Positions 55,561-63,480 of a stretch of 64,000 nt of DNA are shown piece after piece. Source of the DNA: Clostridia bacterium (GTDB lineage Bacteria; Bacillota; Clostridia; Oscillospirales; CAG-272); contig JAFVXI010000013.1 of the NCBI GenBank assembly GCA_017501245.1, positions 410,335-474,334 of the forward strand. Reading direction: 5' to 3'. Within the stretch, counting starts at the first letter, position 1, and each line of letters opens with the position of its first letter. The translations under genes and the position numbers were made by a program. The notes under the pieces are model-generated. The model was given only the letters and a program-made list of their open reading frames with translations, was not told the DNA's origin and did not search any database.

Positions 55561-56233
55561 AAACAATTCGTGGGTAAATGGGCATGGCGCCCATCCGAAA
55601 AGAGGGTAGCATGGCTACCCGTGTCAATGGCTATCATTTTCCACCCCGGGTCGCAGGGAGGGGAAGTGCCGCAGCAGTGCGACAGCTTATATTCTAAGTT
55701 ATGCCGGCGAGGGTGTCTACCCTCGGTGTGAAAAACCGCCCGTTTTATAGACTGTGTGAATAGCGCCGCGTGGCGTAAAGGGAGTCTTTGGGGCGATGGC
55801 GACACTTTAATTTACTCGTCCGAAGAAAGCGAGGTATACCGTGCTTCCAACGAGAAATTAACACTTAGCAGATAAAAATGCTAAGTAAACCTTACAACTG
55901 AATAACAAAAACCAACAAAAACTGATTATGGGCGCTGAATCACAGGCCCGATGAAAAAAATGAAAGGTCAGACCCATGGCCTTAAACGATATGGGGAGTT
56001 AGGCACCTTCTATAAGGGCGAAAATAAAAGAAAAGGATAAGATCCTGACTTAACCGATTATGCCACCGATCGCATATGTTCTCGGCCGGAATATTATAGC
56101 GATCACGACACAATGATTATTCCAGGATAGGGTTTAATTCCGTTGAACTTTATTAAGGACGATAGTCCGGAAAATCAGTAAGCACGCTGCGTTCCAGATG
56201 AATGTGTGGGATGTGGCGTGCTTTTCTTTTTTT
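55561..56233 (+). ncRNA. candidate structured non-coding RNA (unclassified), strand inferred from the terminator
   Basis: About 670 nt without a credible ORF on either strand. Lower G+C than the flanks. At least six perfect 6-7 bp GC-rich hairpins. Ends in stem AAGCACGC/GCGTGCTT plus a T-run. No family recognised by eye. Confidence 0.3.
56180..56233 (+). terminator. intrinsic terminator closing the hpf-downstream non-coding region
   Basis: AAGCACGC (56180-56187) / GCGTGCTT (56216-56223) followed by TTCTTTTTTT. The 28-nt loop may fold further. Confidence 0.6.
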
Positions 56234-56349
56234 CGCCGCTTGGAAAGGATAAGCGAGAAAGCTTGCCGCCGCATGGCAAAGATAAGAGAGAGCTTGCCGC
56301 TGCGGGGCTGATATATCAGAGCGAGTTTGCGTATTAATAAAATATTTAC

Positions 56350-56378
56350 TTGACAAACACCTCGCCCTGTGATAAAAT
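56350..56378 (+). promoter_or_regulatory. sigma-A type promoter of the metY-metA leader
   Basis: TTGACA 56350-56355, 17-nt spacer, TGaTAAAAT (56370-56378). Confidence 0.65.
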
Positions 56379-56384
56379 AACCCT

Positions 56385-56661
56385 AAAGACGAGGACGGAG
56401 AGGGAACCCTCAATGCTACATCTCACAGAGAGTCGCAGACGGTGGAAGGCGGCAGATGTAAGAGGCGCTCCTATGGCTCCCGAGTTGGCTATTCGAGGCA
56501 GGCGCTTAGGGTAGCACGCAGGTACTGCGTTATCGGTACGGGGCTTTTTTCGAGCCTAGAGAGTGGCGCCTACGGGCGCAATTTGAGTGGTACCGCGAGT
56601 GCATGCACCCGTCTCAAGTCTCCGACCTTACGTCGAGCTGAGAGGGGCTTTTTTATTTTTT
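56385..56661 (+). promoter_or_regulatory. T-box leader (tRNA-sensing riboswitch), probably Met-specific
   Basis: Stem I elements CAGAGAG..GGTGGAAGG. CGTTAT F-box-like element. Canonical T-box sequence AATTTGAGTGGTACCGCG (56580-56597). Terminator CCCGTCTCA (56608-56616) / TGAGAGGGG (56639-56647) plus a T-run. AUG triplets are available as the specifier. Confidence 0.8.
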
Positions 56662-56900
56662 CGCACTCCCGTCGCCTTCGTTTGGGGGCTTTAATATCTC
56701 GGCGTATCGCTCCTATATTTCGGCTCTCGTCTTTAACCTATGGCTTTTATTTTATCGTGTTTAACCTATGGCTTTCGGTTTTTCATCTTCAACCGACGGC
56801 TTTAAATTTAAAAGCCTTCAACCGATCTCGCCCGAGGCGGCGGAGGTTCAAAAACAAAAAGAAAAAAACAGAATCCAACCCCGAAAGGAAAATAATAAAA

Positions 56901-58190
56901 ATGGCAGAAATCAAGCGTTCGATCGAAACCCTGTGCGTTCAGGGCGGCTACTCCCCGAAAAACGGCGAGCCGAGGCAGATCCCGATCATCCAGTCCACGA
57001 CCTTCAAGTATGCAACCAGCGAGGATATGGGCAAGCTCTTTGACCTCGAGGCGTCGGGCTACTTCTATTCCCGACTTCAGAACCCCACCTGCGACACGGT
57101 TGCCGCAAGGATCTGTGCGCTTGAGGGCGGCAGTGCCGCTATGCTCACCTCGTCGGGACAGGCGGCAAACTTCTTTGCCGTTTTCAACATCGCCTCCGCA
57201 GGCGACCACGTCGTAGCCTCCTCTGCTATCTACGGCGGCACATACAACCTCTTCGCCGTCACGATGAAGAGGATGGGCATCGACTTCACCTTCGTCTCCC
57301 CCGATGCCAGCGAGGAGGAGCTTGAGGCGGCGTTCCGCCCCGAGACCAAGGCAGTGTTTGGCGAAACTATCGCAAACCCCGCCCTCACCGTCCTCGACAT
57401 CGAGCTTTTCGCCAAGGTTGCGCACAGGCACGGCGTCCCCCTCATCATAGACAACACCTTTGCAACCCCCGTAAACTGCCGCCCCTTCGAGTGGGGTGCT
57501 GACATCGTCACCCATTCGACCACCAAGTATATGGACGGTCACGGCAGTGCGGTCGGCGGCTGCATCGTCGATTCGGGCAGGTTTGACTGGACTAAGTCGG
57601 CGGAAAAGTTCCCCGGCCTCTGCACCCCCGACGACAGCTACCACGGCATCACCTACGTCGAGCGCTTCGGCATTGAGGGCGCTTATATAACCAAGGCAAC
57701 CGCCCAGCTGATGAGAGACTTCGGCTGCACGCAGTCGCCCCAGAGCGCATTTATCCTCGGCCTCGGACTTGAGTCCCTCCACGTGCGTATGGAAAGGCAC
57801 TGCGAAAACGCTCTCGCCATCGCAAAGCATCTCGCCGCCCACGAAAAGGTAGAGTGGGTAACCTATCCCGGCCTCGAGGGAGATAAGTATTATCACCTTG
57901 CCGAAAAGTATATGCCGAATGGCACCTGCGGCGTCGTTTCCTTCGGCGTCAAGGGCGGAAGAGCGGCGGCTGAGAAATTTATGAAGGCCTTGACCCTCGG
58001 CGCTATCGAAACCCACGTTGCCGACGCACGCACCTGCTGTCTACACCCCGCCTCCGCAACCCACAGGCAGATGAACGACGACGAGCTTCGCGCAGCGGGC
58101 GTATCGCCCGATCTTATCCGCTATTCCTGCGGTATAGAAAATAAGGACGACCTCATCGCCGACATCGACGCCGCCCTCGCATCTATCTAA
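56901..58190 (+). CDS. metY: O-acetylhomoserine sulfhydrylase (aminocarboxypropyltransferase)
   Basis: Start moved to ATG 56901 ([17 protein letters not shown]). PLP-Lys motif [10 protein letters not shown]. 429 aa. The upstream part of ORF 56442.. covers the T-box and is not coding. Confidence 0.9.
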   Translation: MAEIKRSIETLCVQGGYSPKNGEPRQIPIIQSTTFKYATSEDMGKLFDLEASGYFYSRLQNPTCDTVAARICALEGGSAAMLTSSGQAANFFAVFNIASAGDHVVASSAIYGGTYNLFAVTMKRMGIDFTFVSPDASEEELEAAFRPETKAVFGETIANPALTVLDIELFAKVAHRHGVPLIIDNTFATPVNCRPFEWGADIVTHSTTKYMDGHGSAVGGCIVDSGRFDWTKSAEKFPGLCTPDDSYHGITYVERFGIEGAYITKATAQLMRDFGCTQSPQSAFILGLGLESLHVRMERHCENALAIAKHLAAHEKVEWVTYPGLEGDKYYHLAEKYMPNGTCGVVSFGVKGGRAAAEKFMKALTLGAIETHVADARTCCLHPASATHRQMNDDELRAAGVSPDLIRYSCGIENKDDLIADIDAALASI

Positions 58191-58338
58191 AAAAACAAAC
58201 CGTCGCCCACCGCGCCAAGGCAACTATCGCCTCTGCCACGGGCGGCATAGCCTCTGCCGAGCGCTCCCACGCCGAGCCGAAGGCAAAGAGCCCCCAAAAA
58301 ACATCATCGAGAGCGCCCTCTGCGCAAGGAGAAACCAA

Positions 58339-59301
58339 ATGCCCATAAAGCTTCCGAACGAGCTGCCCGCGGTCAGCGTGCTTGAAAAAGAAAACATCTT
58401 CGTTATGACCGAGAGAAGAGCGATAACCCAGGATATCAGACCGCTGAAGATCCTCATACTCAACCTTATGCCAACAAAGGTTGACACGGAGACGCAGCTT
58501 TCCCGTGTCTTGGGCAACACGCCTCTCCAGGTCGAGATCGAGCTTTTGCATACGAAAACGCACAAGTCCAAGCACGTCTCCGAGGAGCACCTCTTGTCCT
58601 TCTACAAGACGTTTGACGACGTTAAGGAGAGATATTTCGACGGCATGATCATAACCGGCGCACCCGTCGAGCATATGCCCTTTGAGGAGGTGGGCTATTG
58701 GCCCGAGCTTGCCGAGATCCTTGAATGGACCAAGACGCACGTCCACAGCACTCTGCATATCTGCTGGGCGGCGCAGGCAGGCATGTACTACCACTACGGC
58801 ATAGATAAGCATCCGACGGAGGAGAAGTTCTCGGGCATATATCCCCATCACGTGGACTACAAGCGCTCCATCCTCTTCCGTGGCTTTGACGACGTTTTCT
58901 ACGTTCCTCAGTCACGCCACACGACGGTCTACCGTGAGGAGATCGAGAGGGTGCCGGAATTGCGCATCCTCGCCTCCAGCGACATCACGGGCGTCTACGC
59001 CGTAACCACCAAGGGCGGCAAGCAGGTGTTCATCACCGGCCACTCGGAATACGACGCCGACACCCTCGAGAAGGAGTATCTACGTGATAAAAAGGCAGGC
59101 CTCAATCCCAACCTGCCCTACAACTACTACCCGAACGACGATGAAACTCAGCGCCCCGTCATCACCTGGCGTGCGCATTCGACCCTCCTCTTTACCAACT
59201 GGCTGAACTACTTCGTCTACCAGACCACCCCCTACGACATCGACAAGATCTCCACGACGCAGGAGAAGGAGATCCACGATTCGCTCAGAGCGAGCGAGTA
59301 A
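58339..59301 (+). CDS. metA: homoserine O-acyltransferase (MetA family)
   Basis: [35 protein letters not shown] is typical of MetA. AAGGAGA SD. Confidence 0.9.
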   Translation: MPIKLPNELPAVSVLEKENIFVMTERRAITQDIRPLKILILNLMPTKVDTETQLSRVLGNTPLQVEIELLHTKTHKSKHVSEEHLLSFYKTFDDVKERYFDGMIITGAPVEHMPFEEVGYWPELAEILEWTKTHVHSTLHICWAAQAGMYYHYGIDKHPTEEKFSGIYPHHVDYKRSILFRGFDDVFYVPQSRHTTVYREEIERVPELRILASSDITGVYAVTTKGGKQVFITGHSEYDADTLEKEYLRDKKAGLNPNLPYNYYPNDDETQRPVITWRAHSTLLFTNWLNYFVYQTTPYDIDKISTTQEKEIHDSLRASE

Positions 59302-59362
59302 GGGTCGTCCGGGCGCCGTGCGGCAGCCGCACCTATGGTGAAATTTATCCTGTAACAAAATA

Positions 59363-59414
59363 AAGAGCAAGAACAGACGGACGCATTTATCCTTCTGCGC
59401 TTGCTCTTTTTTTA
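59363..59414. terminator. bidirectional terminator between metA and the CvpA-like gene
   Basis: AAGAGCAAG (59363-59371) / CTTGCTCTT (59400-59408), with an A-rich tract before and TTTTTTTATT after. Confidence 0.7.
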
Positions 59415-59424
59415 TTCTGTCAAT

Positions 59425-59575
59425 AGGATGCGAAGCATCTCATAACGCTTGGCTCCGCAGGCTCATAACGGTGCGTCAGCACTCCAAAACGGTGCGAAGC
59501 ATCTCATAACGCTTGGCTCCGCAGGCTCATAACGGTGCGTCAGCACTCCATAACCTGCCTTCAGGCAATTATAAC
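59425..59575 (-). repeat. array of 7 units of the GTTATGA-plus-hairpin family in minus orientation
   Basis: TCATAAC or variants at 59440, 59463, 59483, 59504, 59527, 59547 and 59569. Contains an internal 64-bp duplication (59427-59490 / 59491-59554). On the minus strand the array starts right after the TAA at 59579-59581. Confidence 0.85.
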
Positions 59576-59698
59576 TGTTTACACAAGTCCCTCGGGGATC
59601 TCGATGCCGTCGGGAAGCTCAAAGTCGGGAGGGATAACGATGCCGCCCGAGCCGTCACCGGTTCAGTCGCCCGAGCCATCACCCGAGCCGTCACCGGT

Positions 59699-61513
59699 TC
59701 AGTCGCCGGTTCCGTCACCTTCGCCGTCGCCCGTGCCATCACCCGTGCCGTCGCCGCTTCCGCCGCCAATGCCGGGGATCAGGCCGTCCGGGATCTCGAA
59801 GTCGTCGGGAAGCTCAAAGTCAGGGGGTATAACGATGCCGCCTTCGCCGTCATCGTCGCCGGAGCCGCCTTCACCGCCTTCGCCGTCGCCCTCTCCGGTG
59901 CCGGGAAGACCACTGGATGCGTACTTATTATAGAAGGAAAGAATAGCGCTGTTGATGTCGTCGTCGGTCAGCTCCTCCTTACCCTCAAACTCGGTCATAA
60001 TGTGGTCGCTGATAACGTCCATGACCTCGTCGTCAAGCTTTGTCTCCTCGCTGAGAACACCTGCGTTAACCAGAGCGTTGTTAAGCTCGGTCTTAACGAC
60101 GTCCTTCTTCTCCTCGGGGGGAATGTCGGGGTTGTTAACGCTCGCAAGAACGTCCTCCATACCGACCTTTACGTCCTCGTAGATCTGATCGGTGTCAACT
60201 CCCTCGGGCAGAACGTTTCCGACGCTGTCCGCCATGATCTGGAAGGAGAACTTGGTGAGGGAGGTTACAAGATGCGCCGTCCTCGGGTTTGCGGAGAGGG
60301 CGTCGGTTACGTGGGTGACAATGGTCTTGCCGTCCTTGTCGGCTGCGAGCAGCTCCTCGGGCCTGAACTCGCTCTCGGTAGCGTGGAAGAAGTGGTTGAG
60401 GATCCCATAGTCGTTAAGGATGAAATAAACCTCGACGAAGGTGGAGAGGTCCTCGTTGACCGTCTCGCTCGTGACGTTGTCAAACACGCCGATAAACTCG
60501 TCAAGGAAGCTGCCGAAGGGCTCCTCAAAGCCGAGGTTGAAGACGTCGTCGGCGTTTGCCTTAGCCGCCGCCCTGAGTATGCCGGCTATGGTGTTTGCGG
60601 TGTAGGGGTCCTCACCTACGTCGGCGAGGATGGTGGTGATAGCCCTCTTGTCGCCCTCGGTCAGGTTTTCCCAGTTGAAGATCTGGGGATGGAAGAGGGG
60701 CACGGCGTCGGCGGCGATCTCCGCCATGACCGCAAACTCCTTCTTCATATGGACCTCCTCGTCGCCGACCTTTACGGTGAGGATGTCGTCGTAGATGTCC
60801 TCGCCGCCGATGTCGAGCAGAAGGTTAACTATCTGGTTGTCGATGACGGGGTCAAGATAATCGGTGTAGACCATCTCAACGAAGTCGGAGACGACGGGAT
60901 CCTTATCCTCGATGAGGTGCGTGCGTGAGTCGCGCGCTACGTCCGCAAGTCCGGCGACGGGCAGGATAAACACTGCCGCAATAAGCGCACCCTGAACAGC
61001 GCCGATGATGCCGCCGACGAGAGAGGAGACGCCGGAGGGGCGTCTGCCGAGCATAAGAATGCCCGAGAGCAGACCCGAGACCATAGAGGTCAGGATCGCC
61101 GCAAGGATAAACACGACGATAAACGCCACGGGGATGACCGCAATAGCGATTACCATGACCAGCACTCTCTCGACTGTCTCTGCGTCGAAGCAGTGGATGA
61201 CGTCACGGATAAAGGGATCGACCGAGGTCGTGTAATCCGGCCAGAACCTTGTAATGACCGTTTCAACCGTCTCGCCCGCCATCATAGAGTGGATATAGTC
61301 GGTTGCGAGGTGGATCGCCTCGATGGAGAGCCACGCCGCAAGAATGATGCAGAGCAGGCGCAGTGCGGTAGAATACATGCCCCTCGAAAATCCGCCGAGC
61401 ATGCAAGCGACGATAAAGACTATCGCAACCACCGTGATAACGGTAGAGATCGTCCCGCCGATGCCGCCGGCAGCCGCCTCAAGCAGCGCACCGGAAAATA
61501 GATTGATGTTCAT
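59699..61513 (-). CDS. CvpA-like polytopic membrane protein with a large soluble domain and a Gly/Asp-rich C-terminal repeat tail
   Basis: 604 aa. N-terminal TM segments with GGFSRGMYSTALRLL resembling the CvpA family. Acidic soluble domain. Tail GEGDGEGG..IVIPPDFELPDDFEIPDGL..GDGTGDGTGD. The frame continues past two TGA codons to TAA 59579 (see findings). Confidence 0.55.
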   Translation of the reverse strand: MNINLFSGALLEAAAGGIGGTISTVITVVAIVFIVACMLGGFSRGMYSTALRLLCIILAAWLSIEAIHLATDYIHSMMAGETVETVITRFWPDYTTSVDPFIRDVIHCFDAETVERVLVMVIAIAVIPVAFIVVFILAAILTSMVSGLLSGILMLGRRPSGVSSLVGGIIGAVQGALIAAVFILPVAGLADVARDSRTHLIEDKDPVVSDFVEMVYTDYLDPVIDNQIVNLLLDIGGEDIYDDILTVKVGDEEVHMKKEFAVMAEIAADAVPLFHPQIFNWENLTEGDKRAITTILADVGEDPYTANTIAGILRAAAKANADDVFNLGFEEPFGSFLDEFIGVFDNVTSETVNEDLSTFVEVYFILNDYGILNHFFHATESEFRPEELLAADKDGKTIVTHVTDALSANPRTAHLVTSLTKFSFQIMADSVGNVLPEGVDTDQIYEDVKVGMEDVLASVNNPDIPPEEKKDVVKTELNNALVNAGVLSEETKLDDEVMDVISDHIMTEFEGKEELTDDDINSAILSFYNKYASSGLPGTGEGDGEGGEGGSGDDDGEGGIVIPPDFELPDDFEIPDGLIPGIGGGSGDGTGDGTGDGEGDGTGD

Positions 61514-61698
61514 AATATAGCTTCCTTTTTGAGATGATATACTGTATTTTAAGGATAGATGTTAACCCTTGTTGTCATTTGCGGAGCAAAATAGCTTTAC
61601 TTTTGCCGCTTATGCCTTGGATGGAGGGGACGTCTTTTGCTTCTGCCGCCGCCCGTTTTTGCTTGCGGTGTGCCATCGGCATCAAGCTACGCTCCCTG

Positions 61699-63093
61699 TC
61701 AGCGGGCCTTGCCCTCAGTCGCCTTCAGCATCAGCGCCGCCGCCTTTTCCTTTGCCTCGAGGCGTGAGGGGGCGTCTGCCGAGATCCTCCTGCCGCCAAA
61801 CGAGCATTCTACGCGATAGGCTCTGCCTCCGCCCTCGGCTCTGACCTCGCCGAGATCTCTGAATGCGGGGGTCGCTACCATAAGCTCTGCGGAGCGCCTT
61901 TTTAATCTCGCCGCCGCACTCTCGCCCACCTCTGCGGGCTTTTGCTTTTTTGCCCTTCTGCCTAAAGGCAGCGCCGCCTTGGCGACGGGCTTGCTTGCCT
62001 CTTTATTCGTCGTCTTAGCGGTGGGCTTGCTTGCCTCCGTGCTTTTCGCCTTGGCGGTGGGCTTAGTTGGCTCCGCCTTTACCGCAGGCTTTTTAGCGGC
62101 CTTCGCAGGCTTGGTCGGCTTGGCTTCCTCTGACTTCGCAGCCTTCGTGGGCTTGGTCGACTTGGCTTCCTCCGATTTTGCCGTGGGCTTCACGGGCTTT
62201 TTCGTGCCATCCGTGGGCTTTGACGCCCTTTCCTTTGTCTTTGGTTGGCTTGGCTTATCTACTGCGGTGGCTTTTCCGTTTTTTGGCGTCTTTTCCTTTG
62301 CCGCCCTCTCAGTCGGCTCGCCCTTGTCGCTCTCTTCGCTTTGCACGTCCTCGCCTTTAAGGAGCTTGAGCGCCGCCTCTGCCGCAAGCGAGTCGGCTAT
62401 CTTGAGGTTCTTACCCTCGGCTCTGGCGAGCAGCCTCTCGCCGATATAAACGCCTCTTTCATATAGCTTTTTGTGGTCGGGGCCGGACTCCGAGAGAGTC
62501 TTGTAGATCGGGGGCGGGAGCCTGCGCCGCTTGTCTGCGCACCACTCCTGAAGGGCGTTCTTCGGGCTGACGGAGGGGGCGTCTCCCCTCGTGTAGACCG
62601 ACATATCCAGCATACCCGAAACCACACGCATGACCGTGGGGACGTCCATACCCGTGTCAATATAAACCGCTCCGACGATGCTCTCGAAGAGGTCCTCCAT
62701 GACGGAGGGCTCGTTTTCTATCCCGAGCTTTGCGTCGCCCTCGCCGACGAGGAGGTATTTTTCAAGTCCGAGCTTCTTCGTCGAGAGCGAGAGGTTCGTC
62801 TTGTCCGAGAGCTTAGACTTGATGTTTGAGAAGTCGCCCTCCCCGAGCTCTGTCCTCAGCCCCGCCGCACATCTCTCGGTCAGGCTTGAGAGTAAAAAGG
62901 ACACGATAGAGAGCGACAGCACGCTGTCCCCGAAGAACTCAAGCACCTCGTTTGACTGCGGGTGCTCGCCCATCTGCTCGTTACACCAGCTCGAGCGTGT
63001 GAACGCCTGCCTGATCAGGCTCTTATCCCTGAAGGAGTAGCCGATCAGACGCTCGATCTCGGGCAGCGACTTATTAAATTCCTTTAGCTTCAT
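61699..63093 (-). CDS. rnc: ribonuclease III with a Lys/Ala/Pro-rich linker and a second dsRBD-like C-terminal domain
   Basis: Start moved to ATG 63093 (MKLKEFNKSLPEIERLIGYSF, AAGGAG SD). Catalytic NEVLEFFGDSVL and EDLFESIVGAVYID. dsRBD at about aa 175-245, then a roughly 220-aa extension. Confidence 0.9.
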   Translation of the reverse strand: MKLKEFNKSLPEIERLIGYSFRDKSLIRQAFTRSSWCNEQMGEHPQSNEVLEFFGDSVLSLSIVSFLLSSLTERCAAGLRTELGEGDFSNIKSKLSDKTNLSLSTKKLGLEKYLLVGEGDAKLGIENEPSVMEDLFESIVGAVYIDTGMDVPTVMRVVSGMLDMSVYTRGDAPSVSPKNALQEWCADKRRRLPPPIYKTLSESGPDHKKLYERGVYIGERLLARAEGKNLKIADSLAAEAALKLLKGEDVQSEESDKGEPTERAAKEKTPKNGKATAVDKPSQPKTKERASKPTDGTKKPVKPTAKSEEAKSTKPTKAAKSEEAKPTKPAKAAKKPAVKAEPTKPTAKAKSTEASKPTAKTTNKEASKPVAKAALPLGRRAKKQKPAEVGESAAARLKRRSAELMVATPAFRDLGEVRAEGGGRAYRVECSFGGRRISADAPSRLEAKEKAAALMLKATEGKAR

Positions 63094-63346
63094 TCCGATC
63101 TCCTTATTCGAGGGGCAGGAGCCCCTCCTATATGCCCCGATCCTGTCGGAGCGGCGCATCGGATGCTATTCTCTTTATAGGGGAAAATCCTCCCGCCCTG
63201 CGTCTATCCCGGCGGCATTTCCGTCGCCCGTGCGCCCGGGGTCTCTCCTACAAAGAGGGTAATACCCAATGCTACACTTTATTTTAGCACATATGCGTGC
63301 AATAATCAAGTATATATTTTAAAAGCGGGATTTTTTGGCGGCAGAG

Positions 63347-63376
63347 TTGACAAAATATATTAAAATATGGTAATAT
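63347..63376 (+). promoter_or_regulatory. candidate sigma-A promoter of prfC
   Basis: TTGACA 63347-63352, 18-nt spacer, TGgTAATAT (63368-63376). Confidence 0.5.
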
Positions 63377-63480
63377 ATGATATAATGGCTATTTATGCGG
63401 GCGTTTCGTGTGCGCACACGTGAGAGCTGCGCCTGCATAAGCGTAACGATAAAGAAAACGAAGAAGGAAAGAGAACACCG

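Noticed and set aside
56385-56661. SAM-I (S-box) riboswitch upstream of metY
   Set aside because: The leader lacks the S-box core. It carries the T-box signature GAGTGGTACCGCG with an overlapping terminator/antiterminator arrangement instead.
56442-56900. N-terminal 153 codons of ORF 56442..58190 (GTG start)
   Set aside because: This part overlaps the T-box leader, its terminator and the repeat spacer. The recognisable MetY sequence begins at ATG 56901, which has its own SD.
56808-58851. Minus-strand ORFs 56808..58016 (402 aa) and 58183..58851 (222 aa)
   Set aside because: Antisense to metY and metA, with no motifs and typical GC3 antisense composition.
59663-59701. Genome-wide UGA reassignment (code 4/25) or selenocysteine as the explanation for the in-frame TGAs
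   Set aside because: TGA clearly terminates several well-defined genes here (copA 6059-6061, rimM 20112-20114, trmD 20881-20883). I noticed no SECIS-like hairpin immediately downstream, and the context is a Gly/Asp repeat.
59513-60928. 471-aa and 132-aa plus-strand ORFs (59513..60928, 59535..59933) with Pro/Ser-rich repeats
   Set aside because: Antisense to the CvpA-like gene and its GD-repeat tail. They also begin inside the non-coding GTTATGA array. The repeat-derived PSP peptides mirror the GDG repeats on the other strand.
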